Positions 1 through 9,326 of a stretch of 26,285 nucleotides of DNA are shown here, in pieces; position 1 is the stretch's first letter, and each line of letters begins with the position of its first letter. Under the pieces are notes generated by a model. The model saw nothing but the letters and a program-made list of their open reading frames with translations, ran no database searches and was not told where the DNA came from. Source of the DNA: Octopus sinensis (lineage: Eukaryota); NCBI RefSeq assembly GCF_006345805.1, contig NW_021835584.1, forward strand, positions 1 to 26,285. Reading direction: 5' to 3'. The translations under genes and the position numbers were made by a program.

Positions 1-491
1 AGAGAGGATGAGGGGGAGACACTATATGAAAGACGAACTGTAGTAAGATGTGAAGAAATAAACGCGAAAGTGGAAGGGGAGGAGGAGGATGTGACGATAG
101 ACGATATAAAGTAGAGGAAAGGGAGGTGGAGGTGATTTTTAAGTATATCCATGTTTGTGCTTATTCAGACAGACGACCGCACATGAGCGAGAGGTGGGAC
201 GAAGAAGAAAGAGGGAGCGTTGACGGGGGTGATAATGGTGGAGGTGGTGGTAGTGGGAGTCATGATGGGAATAGTGTGGGTGGTGGAAGAGATGGTGGTA
301 GCGGTGATTGTGCTCACAATTTTCTTCAGACATCAAATTGATTACTATTGTTTGGATAATTCCAATTAACTTAAGTCCGAAAGTTAGGTTAAATACACAT
401 ACATGCATAAGTGCCATCAATTCCCATTCTACAAACTGGCAAACAATTCCGTGAATACTTTACAGGGCAAATTTGGATAGTAAGTCTGTCT

Positions 492-530
<39 letters not shown>

Positions 531-584
531 GTTTATATATTTGCTTTGCAAGATTTTTGATGTGAAATCGTGTGTTGAAACAGA

Positions 585-820
585 TGTTGTATTTAGGAAT
601 GGTCATTTTGCCAGTTTAGCCAATAAAAACACACGCACTATATATTTGGTGTTACTTTGCTTCAGCGTTATTCATTTTTTACATTAATCTTAATCCTATT
701 TCGGCCAGAGTTCTTTCGTAATGTAAAAAATGAGTAACGCTGAAGCAAAGTAACACCAAATATATAGTGTGTGTTTTTTTATTGGCTAAAGTAGGTAAGT
801 GACCATTCCAAAATACAACA
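585..820. mobile_element. Fold-back / MITE-like inverted repeat (arms ~102 bp, 32 bp spacer)
   Basis: 585-686 (TGTTGTATTTAGGAATGGTCA...TTTTTTACATTA) is the near-perfect reverse complement of 719-820 (TAATGTAAAAAATGAG...CCATTCCAAAATACAACA). The right arm stops where the 830-1149 repeat begins. Confidence 0.75.
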
Positions 821-829
821 ATATATATA

Positions 830-1149
830 TTCACCTCTCTGTCTATATACCTACCCTCTTTGTAATGTTGGCAAATGGATTAATTATAAAAATGAACATT
901 GTCAATTTAATTTTATAAAATTCCATATGTGGCTGAAGAGTGGTCTTCATTTTAAAACTGATGTAATACTTACTTTGTTTAATTAAATGAAGTAGCATGT
1001 AACGATTGTACTACACTACCTTGGATATCCTTGTTGCTTATTTTGATTATAATCACCCCATTTAATTTACATGGATAATACCATACCAAATTTCTGGTGC
1101 CTTTAAGTTATGTACCATATTCATCCGAATCTAAATTTTTTCTGAACTT
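830..1149 (+). repeat. ~320 bp hammerhead-bearing interspersed repeat, copy 1 (probable Penelope pseudo-LTR / retrozyme-like unit)
   Basis: Direct repeat of 3465-3785 with about 23 differences by manual count (~93% identity). Flanked by (TA)n on both sides and contains a mutated hammerhead core. Confidence 0.8.
928..1015 (+). ncRNA. Type I hammerhead ribozyme motif, probably inactivated
   Basis: TGTGG(928-932)-CTGAAGA(933-939)-stem II-GTAA(999-1002, instead of GAAA)-C-GATT-GTA(1008-1010)-CTACA(1011-1015). CTTCATTT 945-952 pairs with AAATGAAG 985-992. Confidence 0.6.
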
Positions 1150-2049
1150 ATATATATATAACGCCGCACCGCATTTACATAAATATAGGTGAGCATTATA
1201 TATAAATGTATATATATATATATATATATATATTATATTATATATATAATATATATATATATAGCTTGTGTCAGTGTGATCTTATTTCTTGCATTTTATT
1301 ATCTATCCATTCATACTTGTGCCCTACTCCACTCATAACACGTGCTCACGCACTCATACATATGTACGTACTCACAACAACAATACAACAAACTCACAAC
1401 AATAATACGACAGACCATCAATGGTAAAACGGTGTAAAGAAAATCTCGGCTACAACCAATCGAACAATATATTCACATATGTTTCTTGTTAGGAACAGAT
1501 GTTCAAAAACTTTAAAAGTACGGAAGCACGTAAGGCACAAGAACTTTCTTTTTCCCTTTGTGAATTTGATTTTTTCCCTCTTTTTATTTTCTCTTCTTTT
1601 ACTAGTTTCCATCATTGTTGTGCTATCATAAAAGACGGCGCCTTGAAGAAATCTTTTCATTTACGACCACCACAAACAGTTGGTGGCATTTTTTGAGGCT
1701 TTAAGGAAGGAAACCTAAATCGAATTGATCGCAAATGGACAATGGAACGAAATACCACGGAGTATGTTTTGCTTGTTACCGTTACTGTTGTACGCAAAGA
1801 CACATACACACAAATACGCACACAAACACACTCACATTTATACATACACATATTAAAATACAAAAAAACAAAAAAATATTGCAGTTAAGAAACTGTGGAG
1901 AGCCTCGTTATCGGAAATTATTGTGAAATTATTGAACAAGGAAAAACCCAAAAACTTCAGAGGAAAAAGGAATTTTCTTTTACTTATTTCAAATATTGAA
2001 CGAAGAAACGCCGCCTTGCCGGATTTGTGGAACAAGAACAAGCTGCTTC

Positions 2050-2170
2050 CGGTACTTATAAGTCGGTCTTTTTTGCCGAATAGCTAAGTTGCGTAGGCGT
2101 AAACAAACCAATACTCAATCAAGCGGTGTGGGAAAAAAGGAGACATCCACCCACACACAAAATACATCCC
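2050..2170 (-). mobile_element. Old, diverged fragment of SINE family A (3' half)
   Basis: GTACTTATAAGTCGGTCTTTTTTGCCGAATAGCTAAGTTGCG resembles GTACTTATTCTATCGGTCTC..GCCGAACCGCTAAGTTACG in the 2221-2638 copy. Confidence 0.55.
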
Positions 2171-2171
2171 C

Positions 2172-2208
<37 letters not shown>

Positions 2209-2220
2209 ATATATATACTC

Positions 2221-2636
2221 TACTCTTTTACTCTTTTACTTGTTTCAGTCATGTGACTGTTGTCATGCTGGAGCACCGCCTTTAGTCGAGCGAATCGACC
2301 CCAGGACTTATTCTTTGTAAGCCTAGTACTTATTCTATCGGTCTCCTTTTTTGCCGAACCGCTAAGTTACGGGAACGTAACCACACCAGCATCGGTTGTC
2401 AAACGATGTTGGGGGGGGACAAACACAGATACACAAACACATACACATACATATATATATATATACACATATATACGACGAGCTTCTTTCAGTTTCCGTC
2501 TATCAAATCCACTCACAAGGCTTTGGTCGGCCCGAAGCAATAGTAGAAGACACTTGCCCAAGGTGACACGCAGTGGGACTGAACCCGGAACCATGTGGTT
2601 CGTAAGCAAGCTACTTACCACACAGCCACTCCTACG

Positions 2637-2638
<2 letters not shown>
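2221..2638 (-). mobile_element. tRNA-derived SINE, family A, full length
   Basis: Minus-strand head GGCGTAGGAGTGGCTGTGTGGTAAG (A-box-like) and GGTTCAGTCCC (B-box-like). CORE-like CACCTTGGGCAAGTGTCTT, internal CA/TA microsatellite and (TAAAAGAG)n tail. Homologous to 5538-5920 and 13881-14369. Confidence 0.9.
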
Positions 2639-2682
<44 letters not shown>

Positions 2683-2684
<2 letters not shown>

Positions 2685-2837
2685 CGAAAGGATTCTTTTC
2701 AGTTTCCATCTATCATATTTACAGACAAGGCTTTAGTTGAAGAAAGTAGAAGACATTTGCCAAAGGTACAGCGCAGTATGATTGCATTCAAAAGCACGTC
2801 GTTACTAAGCAAACATAACGACACAGCCAGGCCTCCT
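2683..2837 (-). mobile_element. Diverged 5' half of SINE family A
   Basis: TTCAGTTTCCATCTATCA...ACAAGGCTTTAGTT...AGTAGAAGACATTTGCCAAAGGT...ACACAGCC is colinear with 2490-2630. Confidence 0.7.
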
Positions 2838-3464
2838 TATTTAATCATTTATAAAACTTTATAGTACAAAGCTTACGGAACGACAACACAAAGGCAAGGT
2901 AAAAATAGACATAGGCTTTGTATCTGTGTCCAGGAAATGGGGGTAGGGGTAATGAGGAAATGTCTTTAGCGTATCGAATATAGGTTATTCATATGAAAGA
3001 TATAACAAAGATTGAGAGGATAGAACAGAGAAGCAAAGCTGGAAGCTAACATGTGTCTTACGGTCTTTTGTTCCTTAGTCGCGTTTTGTGGGGACTCTCT
3101 ATGGTGAGTCTGCGGTTTGAGTTTGACCTCTTGTTTTCCTAGTTTCGGAGGCTGCGGAAAAACTTAGGGGCAGGGACCTTGTCGTTTCTTACTTGTCTAA
3201 ACGCCAAAAAAGAGGAAAAAAAAACATTGCATAACGCTATAATTCTATAAGGTAGAAGTACGCTTATTGAAGTAACAGTAATATAACTGTGTGTATATAT
3301 AAACCAAGGAGGGTATATAAATCAAACTGGAAAGAGAGGAAGGCGAAACCTAAGCAGTTGATAAATAACATCGGAATAGGCCATGTTCATCTTTAACACA
3401 TGCTGCCGAAGATCCCCCTCTTGAGTAAATTTCCTTAGCCGGATTAAAACGTAATATATATATA

Positions 3465-3785
3465 TTCACCTCTCTGTCTATATATCTACCCTTTTGTAAT
3501 GTTGGCAAATGGAATAATTATAAAAATGAACATTGTCAATTTAATTTTTAAAAATTCCATATGTGGCTGAAGAGTGCTCTACATTTTAAAACTGGTGGAA
3601 TACTTACATTGATTAATTAAATGAAGCAGCATGAAACGATTGTACTACACTACCTTTGGATATCCTTGTTGCTTATTTTGATTATAATCACCCCAATTAA
3701 TTTATATGGTTAATACCATACCAAATTTCTGGTGCGTTTAACTTAAGTACCATATTCACCTGAATCTAAATTTTTGCTGAACTTA
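3465..3785 (+). repeat. ~320 bp hammerhead-bearing interspersed repeat, copy 2
   Basis: Direct repeat of 830-1149 at an offset of ~2634 bp, flanked by (TA)n. Confidence 0.8.
3562..3649 (+). ncRNA. Minimal type I hammerhead ribozyme with intact core (predicted cleavage after A3644)
   Basis: Stem I TGTGG(3562-3566)/CTACA(3645-3649). Core CTGAAGA 3567-3573. Stem II GTGCT(3574-3578)/AGCAT(3628-3632) with a further extension. GAAA 3633-3636. Helix III A-C/G-T closing GATT. GUA cleavage triplet 3642-3644. Confidence 0.75.
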
Positions 3786-3949
3786 TATATATATATATAT
3801 AATATATATATATATTTCCGTATATTTGTAGTCATAATCACTCTGTCTTGTTCTTTTAGTAATAAATGTCTGGCTGACAATCTTCAACCGTTAAGGTAAC
3901 AAGTTATGTCCTCGATAATTTTCATTAATTTAAATAGAAGTTGTTTGAT

Positions 3950-4450
3950 TTGTGTGTGTCGGTGTGGGTGGAGAAGAGACGAACAAGGGTTGGTGAGTCG
4001 TTAAATAACACCGAATGTGGTCGAGTGAGCGTTAACTAGATACTATAATCGATAACAATTTAATTAACGTTGAGTGATTTCTAATAAACTAACAGGGTAC
4101 ATCATGACCCGGCTTTTTAAGTGGGTTGCTTTGCAATACTAATGTCTAGGATTGATTTCACTGCATTGAATCTGGGGCATGTAGCGTACTTTCTGAGTAA
4201 AATTAAGTTGACAGAATTGGTGGGAAAGCTGTCGGGTGGATCCTACGGGTAATTTAAAGTTCCAGCATTATGACACTAATTCCACCCTACAAATACGTTA
4301 AGTCCACTACGTGGGTGAAGGATACTCTGACAGTTACCCTTAAATGAAGTGGAACTGAGGCAGATCCATTTTTGGTCTGAAGTCACCAGTATATAACATT
4401 ACTGTTGAAATATGAGTGACTGTTAAGATACTGTAAGAACATATCAATCA
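3950..4450 (-). mobile_element. Possible very old RTE-like LINE remnant
   Basis: Frameshifted minus-strand peptides ISTVMLYTGDF, LHLR and FYSE loosely recall the RTE ORF2 post-RT motifs (STLLYGSETW, HLR, LYSEL). The match is weak. Confidence 0.25.
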
Positions 4451-4489
4451 TTTAACTAATTGCATTTACTAATGCAATAGAATTTAGTG

Positions 4490-4777
4490 AAGGCTTACAG
4501 GTTAGCGGTTAGGGTATTCGTCTCACGATCATAAGACTGTGCGTTCAATTCTCGGCGATGCATTTGTCCTCGAGCAAGACATTTCATTTCACTTTACTCC
4601 AATCCACTCGTCTGGCAAAAATAGGTTGCACCTGTAATTAAAAAAAGCCAGCCTTGTCACATTCTGTACACGCGTGTCCATGGAATACTCAGCCACTTGC
4701 GCGTTAATTTCACGATCAGGTTGTTCCGTTGATCAGATCAACTGGAACCCTCGTCGTCGTAACCGAGGGAGAGCCAG
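4490..4777 (+). mobile_element. Diverged tRNA/CORE-type SINE sharing its 3' end with family C
   Basis: Head AGCGGTTAGGGTATTCG...GCGTTCAATTC and CORE-like TGTCCTCGAGCAAGACATTTCA. The 3' end GATCAACTGGAACCCTCGTCGTCGTAACCGA matches the reverse complement of 8440-8475. Confidence 0.7.
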
Positions 4778-5085
4778 TAAGTAGAGTTTAGGGAGTTTAA
4801 CATATTGTAGTTGCTTTCAATTAATTCGAAGTATCTTGCAGTGGGGAGAAAGTATTTAATGAATTAAAAGTTAATGAAGGTAAAGGTCAACAAAGTAAAA
4901 TTATGCATGCAGTGAGGAGAGACAAATATAAGAGGCAAGAGTAAAATCAAATTAATCAGAGTTGAGTAGAGGGAAACTGTGCGGTAGCCCATCAGATCGT
5001 TTGAAATTCTGAAAGAGATCTGTAGCTATATATATCTATTATATCTTTATATTCATGCGTTTATACATACATATACATAAATAAA

Positions 5086-5129
<44 letters not shown>

Positions 5130-5194
5130 CAATTATCTCCCTCATTATTTAAATATATATATGTATATATATATATATCAAAATAAATAAATAA

Positions 5195-5245
<51 letters not shown>

Positions 5246-5339
5246 TCGATTAGAGTTTGTGTTAACCTCATGAAGGGAAGGTTTCATTCAAGGAAATACT
5301 GGTTCAATACCTAGTATTTTGGGGAAATTAATAGGTATA

Positions 5340-5451
<112 letters not shown>

Positions 5452-5537
5452 TATATATATAGACATATAGTTTATATTCATATAAAAGAAGAAAAAGAAA
5501 ATGGAGATTGGGAAGTTATAATTGTTTATTATAAACA

Positions 5538-5920
5538 GCAGGAGTGGCTGTGTGGTAAGTAGTTTGTTTACCAACCACTGCATGACACCTTGGGCAAGTG
5601 TCTCGGGCCGACCAAAGCCTTGTGAGTGGATTTGGTAGACGGAAACTGAAAGAAGCCCGTCGTATATATGTATATATATATTTATATATATATGTATGTG
5701 TGTGTGTGTTTGTGTGTCTGTGTTTGTCCCCCTAGCATTGCTTGACAACCGATGCTGGTGTGTTTATGTCCCCGTTACTTAGCGGTTCGGCAAAAGAGAC
5801 CGATAGAATAAGTACTGGGCTTACAAAAGAATAAGTCCCGGGGTCGAGTTGCTCGATTAAAGGCAGTGCTCCAGCATGGTCGCAGTCAAATGGCTGAAAC
5901 AACTAAAAGAGTAAAAGAGC
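5538..5920 (+). mobile_element. SINE family A copy with two internal deletions (B box lost)
   Basis: GCAGGAGTGGCTGTGTGGTAAG head and TAAAAGAGTAAAAGAG tail. Colinear with 2221-2638 apart from ~22 bp and ~13 bp deletions. Confidence 0.9.
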
Positions 5921-5930
5921 ATATTAATGA

Positions 5931-6025
5931 TCTTCACTTACAGCTGTTTCAGTTACAGTAAATATTAAGTAAGAATTAAATTTATATCTATATAACCTGA
6001 GCATAATATCTTCAGAGGGGAAAAA
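5931..6025 (-). ncRNA. Decayed type I hammerhead-like motif (Penelope-type)
   Basis: Minus strand reads TTTTTCCCCT-CTGAAGA(6015-6009)-...-GAAA(5950-5947)-C-AGCT-G-TA-AGTGAAGA. Helix III is the perfect palindrome ACAGCTGT. Stems I and II are imperfect. Confidence 0.45.
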
Positions 6026-6091
6026 TATACCCTTGGGCGTTTTATATGTGTTTATGGATTCCTTATACGCACATATGCGCGGGCACGTTCT

Positions 6092-6170
6092 TGTGTGTGT
6101 GTGCGCGCGCGCGCGCGTGTGTGTGTGTATGTGAGTGTGTATGTGAGTGTGTGTGTGTGTGTGTGTGTGC
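6092..6170. repeat. (GT)n(GC)7(GT)n alternating purine-pyrimidine tract
   Basis: Read directly. Such tracts are prone to form Z-DNA. Confidence 0.9.
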
Positions 6171-6207
6171 ATCTGGTCCCTCATGAGTGCTATATGTAAT
6201 ACATAAA

Positions 6208-6612
6208 GGCGGCGAGCTGGCAGAAACGTTAGCACGCCGGGCAAAATGCTTAGCGGTATTTCGTCTGCGTTACGTTGTGAGTTCAAATTCCACCGAGGTC
6301 GACTTTGCCTTTCATTCTTTCGGGGTCGATAAATTAAGTACCAGTTACGCACTGGGGTCGATGTAATCGACTTAATACCTATGTCTGTCCTTGTTTGTCC
6401 CCTCTGTGTTTAGCCCCTTGTGGGTAATAAAGAAATAGGTATTTCGTCTGCGTTACATTGTGAGTTCAAATTCCGCCGAGGTCGACTTTGTCTTTCATCC
6501 TTTTGGGGTCGATAAATTAAGTACCAGTTACGCACTGGGGTCGATGTAATACCTATGTCTGTCCTTGTTTGTCCCCTCTGTGTTTAACCCCTTGTGGGTA
6601 ATAAAGAAATAG
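6208..6612 (+). mobile_element. SINE family B, head plus two tandem body units, with target-site duplication
   Basis: GGCGGCGAGCTGGCAGAAACGTTAGC head. Units 6255-6437 and 6438-6612 each begin GGTATTTCGTCTG. Flanking direct repeat GTAATACATAAA at 6196-6207 and 6613-6624. Confidence 0.9.
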
Positions 6613-7767
6613 GTAATACATAAATCAGCATAACTTGTCCCAAGGGCGTCGACTAAAGCACCACCACATCTGCAGTCTCATACTTTACCCAGAATTCTCA
6701 GCTGATCAAACTGATTCGTTAAACATTTACGTAGCCTCGTGCGACAGCCATTACAAGTCCCAAAGGTAAATTTCTCATCTCCATTGAAGCGCTGTGAGAG
6801 TTTAACTTTTCTCTCTCACTGACTCTGAATGCAATATTGTAGAACGGTCGCTGGGCAGCTGGTCTCCACACGACAACATATTTATTCCCTGCCCAAAATA
6901 ACTTATCTTTTAGTTCCTACACAATGTTCACAACACCTTTTCAATGATAAGATTTTTTCGCCAAAGCCGAGGCATCTGTAGCATTCATTGTGTGCAGCGC
7001 AGCAGATAAAGCAACCAGTGATGTAAATGTGGCTTTATTTATAAAGTGTTTTGAGACCGTATGTAATGCAGTCATTTCTGTTGGCTCAGTTTTACACAAA
7101 TAAATTGCAATGATTAATGCTGGTGATATTGTGGAGGATAATGGCGGTTGCGTTGAATGTGTTACATGGTGAATACATTTTCTAGAGTAGCTTTTAGCTA
7201 CTTTAATGTGTCTTACGATAATCGAGTGAATTATCAGTAAATATATTGTCTGGGATGTGTGTATAATTGACTTTGCATGTGGTGAGCAAAAAATATATAA
7301 ACTCCAAGTATTATGCATGTGTATCAGTGTAAAAAATAGTAAAAGCCGGGATTTTAAAGATTTAAAAAATTGAGAAAAATTTAAAGAAAAAAACAGGCAA
7401 AATCGATTGGATTCTATTGATCGATTCGCTGGTTTTCTGCTGTGATGTCGTTCACCTGTCTTTATATATAAAATATGGTTGAAATGTCATTACATATTAT
7501 GTTATGACCGAGAATGTTTGAGAAACCAGCGAGAACGTTTGAAGAATTTTGATTATCGAAGGTTGACGCACGTCGGTCGCTTATACTTAGCGATTTGGTA
7601 AAAAATAAAAAAAAGAAGATCAATCTTGCAGAAATTTCCTCTTCATTGCAAAATTATAAAAAATGAGGTAGGCATGTGATTGATGAGGCTGCGAATGGCG
7701 ACGAAAGGAGTTTCACAAACCATGTGATTGACTGGTTCGTAGAAAGATCGATAGAAAGTTATTGATA

Positions 7768-7789
7768 AATAATAATAATAATAATAATA

Positions 7790-7830
<41 letters not shown>

Positions 7831-8073
7831 GCAGAAATTCAAAAGATATTGCTCATGGGAACTACTCATATCGTACGCAAAATACTTTCTATGTAATCTC
7901 AAGGTTTAAAACAATCATAATTTTCGGTTTAAAAAAAAAAAAATTTTTTTTTAGACATTCATTAGACAACACCCCCCCCCAAATATATGGCACATTAGGC
8001 ATAACAACAACATGAACTTCCAACCTGTTGTCTCTTGAGGTCTCTCAATAATAATAATAATAATAATAATAAT
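7768..8073 (+). mobile_element. 3' terminus of an R4/Dong-type (RLE) LINE embedded in (TAA)n
   Basis: 7831-7896 translates AEIQKILLMGTTHIVRKILSM*, the typical R4/Dong ORF C-terminus (LQK..LLGTAHILRK.L). A 3' UTR runs to ~8046. (TAA)n lies at 7768-7829 and 8047-8073. Confidence 0.75.
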
Positions 8074-8430
8074 ACTGAGAAGAGCACTATTGCTGTGAAA
8101 ATAACATCCATCCATGAATTTATTTATTTATTAATTTTTAAATACATATTTTATCTGTGAATTTGCGTGTGTAATCTGGGAATGCATACAATGCCCTTCT
8201 CTGCCCTAGGTGTATGGAAAACACTCGGCGAGAAACGGAGTGCTTAAGAGAGAACTCGTCGTTCAGCTATCTTCTAATTTACATTCTTCTCATATTTTCT
8301 CATTTACATTCACTTTTAACAATACGGAATACGAGCGTGTTTGATAGTAAAGCTAGATAGCTAATGTAATGCGTGGAACTTTTTGGTATTTACTTTTACG
8401 ATTGCCGAAGATAATTACCCAAAGTGAAGT

Positions 8431-8813
8431 GGAAGCACTCCGTCGGTTACGACGACGAGGGTTCCGGTTGATCCGAATCAACGGAACAGCCTGCTCGTGA
8501 AATTAACGTGTAAGTGGCTGAGCACTCCACAGACACGTGTACCCTTAACATAGTTCTCGGGGATATTCAGCGTGACACAGAGAGTGACAAGGCCGGCCCT
8601 TTGAAATACAGGTACAACAGAAACAGGAAGAAAGAGTGAGAGAAAGTTGTGGTGAAAGAGTACAGCAGGGATCACCACCATCCCCTGCCGGAGCCTCGTG
8701 GAACTTTTAGGTGTTTTCGCTCAATAAACACCCACAACGCCCGGTCTGGGAATCGAAACCGCGATCCTACGACCGCGAGTCCGCTGCCCTAACCACTGGG
8801 CCATTGCGCCTCC
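8431..8813 (-). mobile_element. tRNA-derived SINE, family C (young), with TSD
   Basis: Minus head GGAGGCGCAATGGCCCAGTGGTTAGGGCAGCGG...GGTTTCGATTCCC. TSD ACCCAAAGTGAAGT 8417-8430 / ACCCAAAAGTGAAGT 8814-8828. Only 8 substitutions versus 14853-15235. Confidence 0.92.
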
Positions 8814-8907
8814 ACCCAAAAGTGAAGTAGATATTACTGAAAATTTAGACCAGAAAATATTATTGAGGCGCGTTATAATACATTCTTTCTGGGTGTTCTC
8901 ATCTTTT

Positions 8908-9233
8908 TCATAGCCGTGTGTTGAGAGGGATTCTTTGGAGTTTGAATAATTCACGTCTGGAAACATAGGTGTTTCGTTCAACATCCTAAAGCAACCCTTA
9001 TTCAGGGACCTTTTGAGCGGGATGGGCTACTCAACCTGAAGAAAATTCTAACTGGGCCCCACCTGCAAGGTCATGTGCTGTTTATCTTGATATGAGATCA
9101 CCATGTCGCGCACATATGGTTGTGATGCATGTGCCTGGTGTACCCTTATCAGACGGGTAGTCATGATGGGTATATTGGGCTTCGTATATTTTACCCCAGT
9201 GTCACTTTGATGGCATGCACTGCTCTCTCACTC
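8908..9233 (+). mobile_element. Probable 3' terminal region of a (TAA)n-tailed non-LTR retroelement
   Basis: GC-richer, hairpin-rich segment ending abruptly in (TAA)n at 9234-9340. The HSRVLRGIL peptide at its start loosely recalls RLE-LINE C-termini. Strand and class are inferred. Confidence 0.35.
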
Positions 9234-9272
9234 AATAATATAATAATAATAATAATAATGATAATAGTAATG

Positions 9273-9326
<54 letters not shown>

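Noticed and set aside
126-420. Gly-rich / His-rich ORFs at the window start
   Set aside because: Low-complexity GGT/GA repeats read on both strands, with no domain or splice support.
1636-1760. Exon-like stretch DGALKKSFHLRPPQTVGGIF*GFKEGNLNRIDRKWTMERNTT followed by a GTATGT donor
   Set aside because: Internal stop, weak acceptor and no recognisable homology.
8740-8813. tRNA-like sequence (also 15160-15235 and 2570-2638)
   Set aside because: These are SINE heads: they continue into SINE body and lack a proper acceptor stem.
8478-8984. Near-identical ORFs at 8478-8681 and 14900-15226 suggesting a duplicated gene
   Set aside because: Both lie within copies of SINE family C.
9036-9043. Other CTGANGA heptamers (e.g. 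9036, 10025, 13308, 17336)
   Set aside because: None has a pairable stem II followed by GAAA and a cleavage triplet. Several lie inside LINE, Penelope or hAT coding relics.
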